DNA from: Felis catus
Lineage: Eukaryota
DNA length: 64,000 nt
Direction: 5' to 3'
Assembly: GCF_018350175.1 (NCBI RefSeq)
Contig: NC_058368.1
Location: 197,596,001-197,660,000, forward strand
Shown: in pieces, positions 36,699-50,154 of the stretch
How the letters are laid out: the number at the start of each line of letters is the position of its first letter
Numbering within the stretch: position 1 is the stretch's first letter
The notes under the pieces: generated by a model
What the model saw: only the letters and a program-made list of their open reading frames with translations
What the model was told of the DNA's origin: nothing
Database searches by the model: none
Translations under genes and position numbers: made by a program

Positions 36699-37402
36699 GC
36701 TATGCTTTCCTGCAGTGAATGCTCCTGGCAACCTTGTCCAACATCAGTTGACCACAGACACGTGTTTTATTTCTAGCTTTCAATTTTATTCTATGGATCT
36801 ATATGTCTATCCTTATGTCAGTACTATACTGTCTTGATTATCATTGCTTTGTATCAGGAAGTGTGAGTCCTCTTACTTTGTTCTTCTTCAATATGATTGT
36901 GAATATTCTGGGTTCACTGCAACTCCATATAAATTTTATGATCAGTTTGCAAATTTCCACAAAGAAGGCAGGTGGGATTCTGACTGGGATTGTGTTGTAC
37001 TTATAGATAAACTAAGGAGCATTGCCATTTTAAAATATTAAATCTTCTGGTAACAAACATGAGATGCTTGCCATTCATTTAAAACTTCTAAAATTTCTTT
37101 CAATATTGTTTTAGAGTTTTCAGTTATAAGTGTGCATGTCTTTTATTCAACTTATTCCTAAATATTTTATTTTTTTGATGCTATTCTAACTGAAATTTGT
37201 TTTCCTAATTTTATTTGTGGGTTGATCATTGAAAATGTACAGAAATACCATTGACTCCGCGCATTTTTCTTCATTCTTTTTTCTCTCTCTTCTTTGGATT
37301 ACATAACCTCTATAGGTCTCTCTTCAATCTACTACTAAACTTCTGTAGTGAACTTTTCATTTCCATTGTTGTATTTTCAATCCCCGAATTTCCATTTGGT
37401 TC

Positions 37403-37554
37403 TTTTTTTTTTTAAAGGTTTTTTTGTTTTGTTTTTAATGTTTATCTTTGAGCTGTCAATACAGAGCCCAACTTGGGGTTCGAACTCACAGACTGTGAGG
37501 TCATGGCCTGAGCTGAAGTCGGACCCTTAACTGACTGAGCCACCCAGGCACCTC
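37403..37554 (-). mobile_element. Can-SINE, internally deleted
   Basis: Tail joined to GAGCTGTCA...CCACCCAGGCACC; TSD CCATTTGGTTCTTTTT. Confidence 0.9.
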
Positions 37555-37566
37555 TCCATTTGGTTC

Positions 37567-37811
37567 TTTTTTTTTTTTTTTTTTTTTAATTTTTTTTAAA
37601 AATTTTTTTTAACGTTTATTTATTTTTGAGACAGAGAGAGACAGAGCATGAACGGGGGAGGGTCAGAGAGAGGGAGACACAGAATCTGAAACAGGCTCCA
37701 GGCTCTGAGCTGTCAGCACAGAGCCCAACGCGGGGCTCGAACTCACAGACCGTGAGATCATGACCTGAGCTGAAGTCGCACGCTTAACCGACTAAGCCAT
37801 CCAGGCGCCCC
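37567..37811 (-). mobile_element. Can-SINE
   Basis: Full body; same TSD CCATTTGGTTCTTTTT. Confidence 0.96.
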
Positions 37812-39620
37812 CATTTGGTTCTTTTTTAAAATCATTACTATCTCCTCACTAATATTCTCTAGTTGATGCAACATTCACATCATGCCTTCCTTTACTTCTT
37901 TGACCATGATTTCCTTTAGTTCTTTGAACATATTTGTCAAGGCCACTTTGAAGGCTTAGTCTGTCACATCTGACATTTGGTTGCTCTTACAGTTTATTTT
38001 GCCTGCTTTCCCCCTAGTATATGTGTCATATTTTCCTCTTTCTGTTCATGTCTTTGCAATTCTTTTGGAAATGCGGTATTTTAGATAATATATTGTAACA
38101 ACTCAGTACTGCCCGCCCTGCTTGTTGTTTTTCATTGCTATTTGCTTAGCGGCAGGCTGGACTATTTTAGTGAAGTCTGTTTCCCTCCCATGTACTGTTA
38201 AGCCTCTAATGTTCTTCTTTAGGGGGTGTAGCCTTGTGTATGCCTGTAGGCATCTTGGGCTGATAGAGATTTTAGCCCGGTTGTCCTTCATTCTCTTTTT
38301 CCCTGTCCACACCCAACGGTTAAACTCCATTAACCTGCAAGCTGATTACTCTATTGTCTTCAAAAACACCCTGGAGAGAAAACCGCGTCATAAACTAAAC
38401 CATCCAATTCAGGCTCCTTTGAAGGGACAGCTCCTGAGATCAGTGTCTGAGATTTGTTCTGACCCCAAATGTCCCCTTCCAGTTGTGCCTTTCCCTGGGT
38501 CTCCTGGACCAACTAGCCAGCTTAGAATTTAGCCTACAAGTCCGGTGAATCTACCAATCTTGTCCCAGTTGCCCTTAGTCAGAACCTCCACTGTTCTTGA
38601 GTATCTTTGGGTTTGAACTTTTCAGTCTATTCCAAGGGAAGTCAGTTCCTTTGGGAAGAGATTAAGATCTATCTACTTTATGGCCTGATTCTCGCCCTCC
38701 AAGCAAAATCTCTGAGAGGGCTGTGGAGCTGAGGGTGGGACTCTTAAACCATTTATCTCTGAGTAACATTCTCACTTCCGGAGCTGAGCTCTTGGTGGTA
38801 GCGGCCGCCATTTTCTTAACTTGCCTCTCCGGCGTGGAGCCCTCACTTTATGAGGCAGGGCGAGGACTAATGGAGCTGCAGTATTCTCAGGGGCTACACA
38901 CGCAAGGTGGAGTCTTTATCCCACCAGTGGAGTCTGGGAGGAGGAAAGGGGCCCTGACTTCTCACTGGAACTTGCTGGGAATTTAGCCTCACCAACAGGT
39001 AGGGAGAGGGAGTATGGAAGTTGCAGACATCCTGCTCCTCCAGGGGAGATAGCCCCAACTGGTCGCTGAGGGAGAGGGAGCACTATGTTTCTGTCTACAC
39101 CCGTCTGGAGCAAAGCCTCCATCTCACTGACTTGGGAGGGAGAGGACGGGAGTACGCGTAAGTTGAAACACCACAGACTTGTTATTACTACCAAACTTTG
39201 GTAGATATTCTTTTGTACATGGTTTTTTCATTTGCTGTGTTTCCTTGGGACTATCTCCAGATATTTTAAGTGGTTGTTTTTGTTTTTGTACATAACGCTC
39301 ACCAGTTTCACTGCGGAGCAGGTCTGTGGAGCTCCTCGTGTTGTCATGTTGCCCTAGACTGTTCTAAAACCTTCGAAAAATCAAGAATGGGGCTTAGACT
39401 CTGGCAAACAGGTTATTGCTTCTCTTGATGTGACTTTGTTGTGAAGAAGTTTTTAAAATAAAAATATTAAGTAGAATATATTTTGCTTTTGTTGTAGTCT
39501 AGTATGGCTGTGTTCTGCTCGTGTCTTCTAGCATGTAATAACTCATCGCTTTATTCAATTTGCTTATTTTTTTTTTATTAAAAAAAATTTTTGTCTATAA
39601 AAGACAAGCTGACCCTTAGG

Positions 39621-39621
<1 letters not shown>

Positions 39622-39664
<43 letters not shown>
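39622..39664. repeat. (TG)21 microsatellite
   Basis: Perfect dinucleotide run. Confidence 0.99.
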
Positions 39665-39668
<4 letters not shown>

Positions 39669-39752
39669 CTTAATGACAATTAGGATTAAAAACACTTTCT
39701 TTTTATTGTAATTTAGGTACTTTGCCATTACTTTCTTTTTTGGAGAATGAGC

Positions 39753-39859
39753 TGTGCTGTCAGCATAGAGCCTGATGTGGGGCTGGAACTCACAAACTTC
39801 AAGACCATGACCTGAGCCGAAGTCGAATGCTTAACCCACTGAGCCACCCAAGCGCCCCC
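39753..39859 (-). mobile_element. Can-SINE, 5' half only
   Basis: GCTGTCAGCATAGAGCC...CCACCCAAGCGCCCC. Confidence 0.9.
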
Positions 39860-40029
39860 TGAAAGTTTGGAGAAGTTTTGATCTAAACCAGTATATTTAG
39901 TTATGTGTGTGGTATGTGAACAATTTTTCAATATATTTAGATACTGGATATTCAAATTTATTCTTCCTTATGGTGACTATTTTGATGGTTTACATTTTTA
40001 GGATGAAACCATGGAAAAGTATAAATAGT

Positions 40030-40250
40030 ATAGGCCTTGCAGATCTGCGTTTGCATTCCAGCTGCATCTCTGAGTAGCCGGGTGACCTTGGACATATAGC
40101 TTCATCTCCCTAAGCTTCAGTTTTGCCTGTAAAAGGAGGATAAATATTTACCTCATTGGGTTATTATCATACCTACAGAAGTAGAAAATGAGTGTGAAAC
40201 ACTCAGTACTGTAAACAGGTTACACAGTCAACACCCAGTGAGTGATATTT
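40030..40250 (+). mobile_element. MIR
   Basis: GGTGACCTTGGAC...CTAAGCTTCAGTTTTGCCTGTAAAAGGAGGATAA. Confidence 0.75.
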
Positions 40251-41384
40251 CCTTTCTTTTTGAGAAAGCAGTTTTTTTTTTCTACACAGAATTGAAAATA
40301 ATGAGTATTTAACCATGCAAAGGGTTTACTGATACATTTTTTTTCCTACGTGCTCTATTGCCTGCTTAATTTCCACATTTTTACCAGTTTTGCAACTAAA
40401 TTTGCTGTTTATTAGACTTTTCAACAAATAATCTTCGGTTATGTTAGTCATTTCTCTTTGCTTTCTTTACTATTTCACTAATTTATTGTTTTTTTTTTCA
40501 TCACACGTGCAGTTTCCTATTCTCTTGTAGTTCTTGGTTAAATAAATTTCTTTGTCTTATAGAATGAGGTGAGAACTTTGTGACTTGTCTTTTGGTTTTT
40601 TGAAATGAAGTCAAATAAAGCTATGAACTTTCCTCTAAACACTGTTTTGACCACTTCCCATATATTTCAATTCATAATTATTATTCTCCTTATATTCTGC
40701 TACCGGATTCTGAGCACATGATTAGAACCAGACTTCCAGGGACTGGCTAGAAGCAGGGAGACTAGTTAAACACAGCATCACCACCACGAACAGGAAGGCG
40801 ACTATCTAGACTGAGAATACTAACTGAGCGTCAAAATTTAGGGTCTAAAAATTAAAATCAACCAATACCAGGTGAAGGCCTATTATGTGCTGAGCACTGT
40901 TCTCCTCATAGCATTTTTGCATGTGAATCTCCTTAATTTCCCACAAGAGTGTTGTGACACTAATCTCATTTCCTGGCTTCTGCAATTTAAGATATTGAAG
41001 GAGTCAAATGACTTACCCGAAGGCAAAGAGCAAATACAACCCATTTTTCTGAAATCCTGCTTGAGTATTCTCTCCAAGGCTATATCACGTTACCTCTTTA
41101 CAAATCTCTTGTAAGCTTAGTTAGGAGCCAGGGCTTATTCTCCCGGATGCCAATGGTGAGCAATTAATAATCTTTCAATTAACTTTGTGGGGACAGGAAT
41201 GGTTTGTACTTACTTTGCAATGTTACTCAAGATCAGTAGCTGTAAGAGAAGAGGTGGGTATCAGTGGGAACATGGTCAAATTTATGAGAAGGCTTACATG
41301 CGGATGAACTTGCTGATCTATTTCACAAGACTCTATAAGACTAAGTGAGGTAAGAACAAGGTGTAGAATATGCATGGTGGTCGT

Positions 41385-41590
41385 GCTTAATTGAACAGCT
41401 ACCATGTGCCAACCACGGTGTAATAAGAAAAATATATGCATTATTTTAATTAGTCCTTATCACAGTCATCATGTGGGTATTATTGTTTTCATTCTCCCTT
41501 ATTCATAGATTGGGATATTGCCGCTCCAGAACGTTAAGTAATTCACCCCAAGTTGTGGAACCCATCAATTAAATGCAGGTTATCTGAAGA
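41385..41590 (-). mobile_element. MIR
   Basis: CTACCATGTGCCAA...GTTAAGTAATTCACCCCAAG. Confidence 0.65.
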
Positions 41591-42466
41591 AATAGGATAG
41601 TGCGTGGTTGGAAAATCAGACCATCTTGGGAGGTAGTGAGACTCCCCTCCATGGGTCAGGTGATGCAGGGGGATCTAAATTTGGTCGGAGAGTTTAACTC
41701 AATGGATTTTAATTTTTTCCCAGTAACATTTCAAAGACTTTTGAAATGAAAATCAAATACCGTAAATATTAAGCTTAGTTTTGCCAGGGAGAGAAAAATA
41801 GCCGTTCTCAGGCTTTTGGATGTGTGGTTCACATTCGGCCACAGAAATTTAGAGCTTCCCTCAGGTCTGAAGCGATTCAAAAAGATCTTGACAAGTCAGC
41901 AATAGTTGCAATGCACATACTAAACCCATGCACTGGCGTCTCAGAGATTCTGTAGACACATTCATAGTTGCATACGGCATAACCTCAGCTCCCATCAGCG
42001 TTGCGGAACCCCTTGAGGAGAGCAATTCGTTGCTTTCTCCAGCTTCTTTTATACACACACGGCCACAGGCCAGTAAACATGCATCCTTTCTCTGATGCCA
42101 ACTGACTATCAAGCTGTACCAATTATTCCATACAAGTTCTACCAACTCTACTATTTTGGTAAGCCATTCAACTCCGTGTTCTACCTGACAAATTTTCGTA
42201 ACAGTGGGAACCAAGAGTTAAAACAAAATTAAATGTATACATTGACCAACTGTGGGGGCACACTGGTGATGAGTCCATGGTGCAGCTATTTTCTGATGAA
42301 CGCTCTGGAAACTCTTGTATTCTGGCCACTAATCCTGCCTGAGGCACAAGATGCTGACTGAATTAAGAAGCCTTTTGTCCTTACTGTCATGAACTAGACT
42401 TTGTCAATGAATCTTGAACATGTCTTAATTCAGAGAGAAGATCTACCCCCTATGCTTTTAATGAAG

Positions 42467-43785
42467 TTTTAAAATTTAATTCCAATATAGTTAACATATA
42501 GGCTTATATTAGTTTCAGGTGTACAATATAGTGATTCGACAATTCTATGCTTTACTCGGCGCTCATCGTGATAAGTATACTCTTAATCTCCATTACCTAT
42601 TTCACCCATCCCCCCACCCATCACCCCTTTGGTAACCTGTTCCCTATAGTTAAGAGCCCGTTTGTTGGGCCCTGTTTTCTTTTTTTCCTCTTTTCATTTA
42701 TTTTATTTCTTAAAATGTTTCTTAATTTCACACACGAGTGAAGTTATATGGTATTTGTCTTTCCCTGCTTGATTTGTTTAGCATTATACTCTTTGGCTTC
42801 ATCCAAGTTGTTGTAAATGGCAAGATTTCATTCATCTTTTCATGGCTGAGTGGTACAACAGTGTATGAGTGTTCCTTTTCTCTGCATCCTCATCGACACT
42901 TAATTATTATTAAGTGTTGTTTCTTGTGTTCTTTTTATTTTAGCCATTCTGACAGGTGTGAGGTGATATCTCAATATTTTGATTTGCATTTCCCTGATGA
43001 TGAATGTTGAGCATCTTTTCATGTGTCTGTTGGCCATCTGAATGGAGATGGGAGATGTTGGAGAAATGTCTGTTCATGTACTTTGCCCATTTTTAGTTGG
43101 ATTATTTGGGTTACTTGTTTTTTGTGTGTTGAATTACATAAGTTGTCTATTTTGGATACTAGCTTTTTATCAGATATGTCATTTGCGAATATTTTCTCTC
43201 ATTCAGTAGGTGGTCTTTTATTTTTTTTAACATTTATTTATTTTTGAGAGAGAGAGAGCAAGCGCAAGTGGGGGAGGGGCAGAGAGAGAGAGAGAGCAGG
43301 CTCCAGGCTCTGATCTGTCAGCCAGAGCCTGACTGGGGCTTGAATTTATGAACTATGAGATTATGACCTGGGCTGAAGTCAGATGCTCAACCCACTAAGC
43401 CACCCAGGTGCCCCCAGTAGGTTTTTTTTGTTTGTTTGTTTTATTGGTTGTTTCCTTTGCTGTGGAGAAACTTTTCCTTTTGATGTTGTCCCGACAGTTT
43501 ATTTTTGCTTTTATATCTCTTGCTTCAAGAGGCATATCTAGAAAAATGTTGCTATGGCCGATCAGAGAAGTTACTGTCTGTGTTCTTTCCTAAAATTTTT
43601 AGCTTCGGTTCTCACAGTTAGGTCCTTAATCCATTTGGAATTTATTTTTGTGTGTGCATAAGACAGTGGTCCAGTTTCATTCTTTTGCATGGTGCTGTCC
43701 AGTTTTCCCAACACCATTTGTTGAAGAAACTGTCTTTTCCATTGAATATTCTTGCCACCTTTGTCAAAGATTAACTGACCCTATT
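42467..43785 (-). mobile_element. Carnivore L1 3' end/ORF2 fragment with internal deletion
   Basis: TTAGTTTCAGGTGTACAATATAGTGATTC; AGCCATTCTGACAGGTGTGAGGTGATATCTC; CCAACACCATTTGTTGAAG. Confidence 0.92.
43216..43415 (-). mobile_element. Can-SINE nested in L1
   Basis: SINE body; flanking CAGTAGGT duplication. Confidence 0.93.
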
Positions 43786-43919
43786 GCATTCTGGGCTGGA
43801 ATAACCCATATCTGAGGTTTTCAGACTTCACGAGAAAGTCTGGCTACGACTTAGTGGCCACTGTTGCCCAAGATGAACAAACTCCATGAGCCCTGTTTCC
43901 AAACCTCATCCCCTTCTGT

Positions 43920-44100
43920 TAACTTACTGCTATGCAATCTGGACAGGTCATTAAACTTTTGTGAGCCTTGATTTCTTTCCTTGTAAAATGGTGATGTTAA
44001 TTATATCTTCTCTGTAAGACTGTGCTATGGAGGTAAAATGAAATGAAGACTATGATAGATCTTCATAAACCGTAAAGTGCCTTGAAGAAAAAAAAAAAAT
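43920..44100 (+). mobile_element. MIR
   Basis: TGAGCCTTGATTTCTTTCCTTGTAAAATGG...GTAAAGTGCCT. Confidence 0.7.
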
Positions 44101-46173
44101 TATTATTTTTAAAGTGATGTTCTGGCAGAGCCTGGTCCGTAGGCCGAAAACAGGCTGAGTCAGAAGCAGGTTTGTAGGGGAGCGGGAAGCCTGCTGGGGC
44201 ATTGCTAAGGAAACCGAGCGGGAAATGTACGTCACTGGGCCCCATCCTTATCTGCCCACTGCAGAGTATCAATCAAGAGCACAAACAGTGCAAGGGACCA
44301 GTCATGGATAATTTGGGAAAAACACATCAGATTCCATTTTAGGAGGGAAAGAAAGTGGGAGCAGTCTCCAAAGAAAGAAAATACTTCTCTTGGTTACAAA
44401 GAGGAAAGCACTTCCTGAACATTGCGAATTGACATGTGTAATGCCATCTGGAAGGCAGAGGGAGAAAGCTGGCTCTTAGGTTTCCTTTCAGAAGGGGAAG
44501 CCTTTGTCCCTGGCATCATTTGGATATTTGTAAGGAGATGAAGTTTAGTAGCATAAGCCCTGGGAGTCCCTCTGGGCTCAGCTGACGAGTTAAATTGTCA
44601 GCTTCTCTGTTGAGTAAAACAAGTTTGGATACAAATGAATCTTGTGACCCTGGGAACTGAAACGGTGGAAAATTCCCTGTGTGTCCCTTTAGATCAGTGA
44701 CATCTCTCACATAATCTCCCTCTTTGCCTTTAAGACTTTTCGTACTACAGTTTTGATTTTCATGGTGGATTATTTTTCTTGCTCCCTCTATACCTGCAAC
44801 GGGGATTATCTAGTAGATGTTCCAAATTCGACGTTCCTTAATGGAATTCCTTGTTGCCTGTGCTCTCACCCCCAAGAGTGCCCCGCCCCCCCTGCATGAG
44901 AACTCCAGGCCGGTATTGGACCACCCCAGCTATAAACCTCAAGGTGATTTTGACCCTTGTGGTTCTTTTACCTAGTGTAGTGTCAAAGAATCCTACTGAT
45001 GCCATCTTCCTGGATATGCCTAGCCCACTTCCTTCTAGTAGGACTTCCTGGTTCAGGCCTTCATCGTGTCTTGACTGGACCATGGGTTTGGGCATCACGT
45101 CTAGCTCCTCATGACTCTAATACCTCTTCCTGAAGCTGCTAAAGCCACCTTCCCAAGGGGCAGGCCAACGTGTGCCATTGCCTTACTTGAAAGGTTTGGT
45201 TGACTCCGCGTTACCTGAAGAAGTGCACCCTCTCCTCCATGACATTTGTGTGTCCTTTTGAGGACAATACCGGAGATCGTATCACCAAGAAGCCACTGTA
45301 ACGTCAAGTGGGGTTCAATGCGGTTTGTTCGTGAGCTGACCTCTTCACACCATCTAGATGCTTCCATGGACAAGAATCGCGGTACGAAATGCAGAGAAGA
45401 CTGGCTGTGTAATCAAAATCGTGTTTACTATAGAGTTTTCTGAGAATTCCATTGGTTGGTCATTAGTAGCGATTTAGTTTCCTGAATTGTGTTCAGCCTG
45501 TTTAACTGGGACTCTCAGAGATGTCATGCTAAGAGGGAGGTGTTAGGTAAACAGACTAGGAAGTCTTTTCCATTACAGGTTTGTAAGCATGAGAGGCGGA
45601 CCCTGGGAATCACCGTTCCTGAGAATAAGTAGATGAGGTTGGTTAAAGAAAGCCACTTATGGACAGTTTTTTACACCAGGTAACACTCCGAACTATGTAT
45701 GTTTTGTTCAGTAGCCTGCATATTCTTGTATTAATCACTGTCTGCTACTTATGGCTTCCAAAAATATTTAGAAGACCAAATATCAGGCTTGTTTAGAAGT
45801 AGAAATTTTTCCTAGGGTCCCTGTGTCTCACTGCTCTTCCGTTTAGGGAACGGATTAGAACTCAGACTGGAGGGTCTTCTGGGTGATAGATAGTTCACAA
45901 AGCGACACGTGGAGAAGAGACGGGGACCACAATACCCGAGCAGTTAAGATTAGTTCAAAGCAGACGTAAGATATGCGCGTATACGCTGAAATTATTCAGA
46001 CGGAAACATGAAATGATGAACAGTGGTTACTTCCGCAGCCGGGTGGGACAGTGTTATTTTGTAGTTTACATCTTCCACATATGAAATTTGTTTAACCAGT
46101 AGCATGTACTATTTCTGTTAAATAATAATTAGACATATTTATATGTATTGCCACGGAAAGGATCCATAATACA

Positions 46174-46394
46174 TTTTTAAAAATTTTTTCATGTTTATTT
46201 ATTTTTGAGAGAGAAAGAGACAGAGTGTGAGCTGGGGAGGGGAAGAGAGAGAGAAGGAGACACAGAATCTGAAGCAGGCTCCAGGCTCTGAGCTGTCAGC
46301 ACAGAGCCCGACACAGGGCTTGAACCCATGAACCGTGAGATCATGACCTGAGCAGAAGTCGGATGCTTAAACTATGAGCCACCCAGGAGCCTCC
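46174..46394 (-). mobile_element. Can-SINE
   Basis: Full body; degenerate TSD CCA(T/A)AATACA. Confidence 0.95.
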
Positions 46395-46485
46395 AAAATA
46401 CACTGTTAGTTGAAAAAAAAAAGCAAGTGGTAAATGTTGTGTATTCCATAATTTCATTCTTGTAAGCCATCACTGGAGTCTAGAT

Positions 46486-46630
46486 GTATATAATATTATA
46501 TAGAATATATATTCCATACTATTATATATATATAGTATATATATTTATATTGTTATATATACACTATTATATATGTATATGTATATATATACACACACAC
46601 ATATATGTATACACACACACACAACATATA
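46486..46630. repeat. (TA)n/(CA)n low-complexity tract
   Basis: Direct inspection. Confidence 0.9.
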
Positions 46631-47689
46631 GATGAGAAGAAATGTCAATTTTTTTTCTTTTGATCAAAGGAAATCTGATTCATCTTAACAGGAAGACAGG
46701 AAATTCAATCCCCATGATTTTGCGGGAGTTTTCCTCCCTTTCTAGAGTCACATACAAATCCTCTGGTCCCAGTGCCCCATGGTAGCCACTCGTGCCTATA
46801 TTATCCACATTTGCATGGGTCCTTGATATGGGCAGTTCAGTGCCTTACATGCTAAGCTTGGAGCAGAATCTTTGCTGAGACCAGACTTATCCTCTGAACA
46901 TTCCTTCTGTGGCCCTAGTCCCTCGGTGGAGAGGAGTCTGGAATCAGGGCCAAAGTACCTACTGTACGGAACCCAAAGTCCTTGTCCTCTTCCCTGTCTT
47001 GAGGACTGTCCTTCTTCTAGTACCCCACCCTCCCAAACCCCCAGTACAAATCACTCCAGAAGTTCCAGGCCCAGGAACAGATACCTTATTTTCAGGTATC
47101 TTTTTTTGGCTCTAAGTCAAAGAGTCACAAAAGAGCCTGAAATTTTTGGAGTTCTTGCTCTTGGAGTTCTGTGTATATACTTGTGTGTGAGGGTTTGTGC
47201 ATGTGCATCTGTGTTAATGCACGTGCATTTGCACACATGCATATATTCATGGGGAGTTATGGAAGGTAAGAGTGTGAACAGAACACTATGTAACGTCTTG
47301 ATAAATCATTTTGCCACACTCATGTTACAGATAGGAAGCAGACTCAGAGCAACTCGCACAAGGTTAAGCACTTTTAAGTGGCAGGGCTAATTTTGAATTC
47401 TGATTTCTCTAGCCCCCAAATTCATTCTAATCTCCTCAGACTTGACCCCAGGTAGATTTCATAGTTAATAGAAGGACTGGACATTTCAGGCAAACTTTCC
47501 CAGATACTCACTTTGGAAACTTCTAAGGAAAATGCCAAATTGCCCGATTTTTTTCCTCCTTTTCAGACTGCATTGGAAGGTCCTAAGAAGATAGTAATAT
47601 AAAGACCATGAGGTGGCCAGGATTAGTAGCCTGAAGAGAGTTTAGGAAAGTCTAGGCTGTGGTTTTGATTTGTTTCCTTCTAAGAGCAC

Positions 47690-48030
47690 TGTGTTAGCGT
47701 TTTTGGTTTTAAACAACAGAAACCCATTCTGCCTAATATATGCCAATGAGGAATTTATTGGGAGGATCTGGAGTCAGTCACAGATTCCAAGGGAAGTGGA
47801 CATACCAGACCTTAGAAAGAGCAGGTCTGGGGCTCTGAGGAGAAAGTTCTGGAGCCCAGTCTTTTTGTGGGGTTTACTATGCTCCAGTTTTAGTCTGTTC
47901 TTGAATTCCATGCTTGGAACTTTCCTAGAGGATCTCATTGCCCTGATACGGGTCATGGAGCTACACCCAAGTGCTGAAAGGTTAAGGGCCCTTGACTGGC
48001 AGCCCCATGGAGAGGAGGCAAAGGGGGAGT
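47690..48030 (-). mobile_element. Old MaLR LTR fragment (MLT1L/N-like)
   Basis: CAACAGAAACCCATTCTG...GGAATTTATTGGGAGGAT. Confidence 0.55.
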
Positions 48031-48377
48031 GGGGGTAGCCTTCTTTGCCCAATGTCACCCAGCAAATCTGGGCGGAGCGGGGATCACAACCCAGACCTTC
48101 CAGCTCCAAACTGGGCGGCCTCTCCTTTGGTATGATTACCATGCTTTCCATTCCAAGCGAGTTCAAATTAGAAGCTACGTTACATAGTTGACTGGGGGTA
48201 TTTTTAGGTGCTACGCACTTTTTAAAGGGTTTTTAAAAAACAACCATATCCAAACAGTCAAGAAGAAAAATTACAAACATTGTGGGGAGTGATTAGCATT
48301 CCCCAACCGAGATCGGACATCCTGCAAAACCGTGTTGTGTGTGTGGCTGATCTGCTTCCCGATTAAGAAGTGAATGA

Positions 48378-48601
48378 GGGGCGCCTGGGTGGCACAGTCG
48401 GTTAAGCGTCCGACTTCAGCCAGGTCACAATCTCGAGGTCCGTGAGTTCAAGCCCCGTGTCGGGCTCTGGGCTGACGGCTCAGAGCCTGGAGCCTGTTTT
48501 CCGATTCTGTGTCTCCCTCTCTCTCTGCCCCTCCACCATTCATGCTCTGTCTCTGTCTGTCCCAAAAATAAATAAACGTTGAAAAAAAAATAAAAAAAAA
48601 A
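48378..48601 (+). mobile_element. Young feline SINE (SINEC_Fc-type)
   Basis: CGACTTCAGCCAGGTCAC diagnostic; TSD AAGAAGTGAATGA. Confidence 0.97.
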
Positions 48602-48689
48602 AAGAAGTGAATGAAACCTGGAGGCCTTTCCTCCCTGGTTCCCAAACTTGGCTTCACATCAGAGTCCACTGTGGATTCTGATCAGTGCT

Positions 48690-48916
48690 GGCTTTGGAGT
48701 GTTTGACCTGGGCTGGATCCCAGCTTTGCCTCCGCCCGGTTGTGTGACTGCGTGAAGGTCACTCGAGCTCTCCAAGTCGCCAGTTTCTTCATCTGCAAAA
48801 TGGTGACAAAATTTTACCCTGGACTTCATGAAGCTGTTGGGGGAATAAGACAGAATCTTTTGTGGGCGGTGTGTTGATCACCGTGGCTTGGCACCTGGTA
48901 AGTGCTCAGAAATATT
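48690..48916 (+). mobile_element. MIR
   Basis: CAGTTTCTTCATCTGCAAAATGG; TGGCACCTGGTAAGTGCTCAGAAATATT. Confidence 0.85.
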
Positions 48917-50154
48917 CCTGGCACAGTCCCCTGGATTCTCCTTCCTTTAGTGTGGCTCTTTAGGCTTTCCATCCACGGCTTGCACATACACTCCCCCTCA
49001 GTCGTCAGCAGCTCAGCGAGATCTGCTACAAAAGTCAGAATCCCCTGAGACCGCAAAGTAGGCTCTTTCACGAAAGCCAAATTTCAGGAGCAAACTGGAA
49101 TTGATCTCCTCTTGGAAATGAAAAGTATTATTTGATCCAGAAGGCTCACTATTATATTTAAATCAAACAGTGTTTAAAAGAACAGCAGGAAAGGCTGGCA
49201 AAAGCAGAGCAAATGGCTCTCCCCTTTGAAGGCCATCACTCCCTGTGAGTGGGAAACCATCGGTCACTAGGGATCCCGCTACTTTCTTGTTCCTCTTCGT
49301 AAATGAAGAGGCTGCAAAGCCAGGGGTCAAGGAAGAACCAGAGCAGAAAGACGGTTCGTTTTCTCCTTCCTCCTACCTGTTCGCCAAGAGCCTCCCCCTG
49401 GTGCTGTCCGTGCAAGAAGGATGGACAGGCACGTGGTGGGCAAGAAAGATACCCATGGAACAATTCACAGCCAGCCCTTGGGGAAACCTGACAGTTGACG
49501 TCAAACTTCTTGCAATCCCGGGAGGGATCTGTTCCTAAGAAAACAGGTTCTGATGAGTAAGCGAGCAAGGTTCTGGTTGAATGTGTGTGCAGACGGAATA
49601 GTAGGTGGATCACACCTGAGGTTTGTGAGAAAGGTGACACTCTGTGAGCAGGTGCTCGTTTTGTCCAAGTTGTCCTGCGGCGAGGTAAAACATGTAACGT
49701 TCATTTCTGTTCATCTTCCGTCGCTACCAACAGTGATCTTGGCTTACCGGTTTTCTTCCCACCCCCCCCCCCCTTAAATCAACTGTCACTTTGAGGAGAG
49801 GGAAGATAAAATCCCAAATTCCGTTCAGTGCCTGAGAGGGCGTTGGAAACACATACTGGCTTTGGAGACGTATGCATATTGGAAACATACATATAGTGGA
49901 AACACATACTGTGTGTTGGTGGGCTCTGTGAAAGAGTTGAACTTGGGGGTTGAGGTCCTGGCAACAGAACTGGTAGGACAAGCCTTAAGTAAGGTCTGTA
50001 AAGAGTCCTATGTCATCCTAGGTGGTTAGGTTCTACACCAAAGGGGAAACGATTGCCGCTAGATATTCTGCGAAGTTAAAAAGGAAGGCAATTGACAAGA
50101 ATAGATTTGAGGAAACCAGGATTTTTAGTCTCTTGTTCCGGTTCCCTATCACTG

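Larger units (their letters stand above)
34283..39340 (-). mobile_element. Old L1M (L1MB-like 3' end/ORF2, then ORF1/5' region) with multiple nested insertions
   Basis: Antisense ORF2 remnants translate as QIKTTVRFYFT, WKQPRCP and DFIKIKNFCAAKDTIKKVK; jump to ORF1-like sequence near 37260; may be two elements. Confidence 0.85.

Noticed and set aside
46872..47390. Longest ORF in the track (172 aa)
   Set aside because: Non-ATG start, runs through a TG-rich low-complexity tract, and has no recognisable domain.
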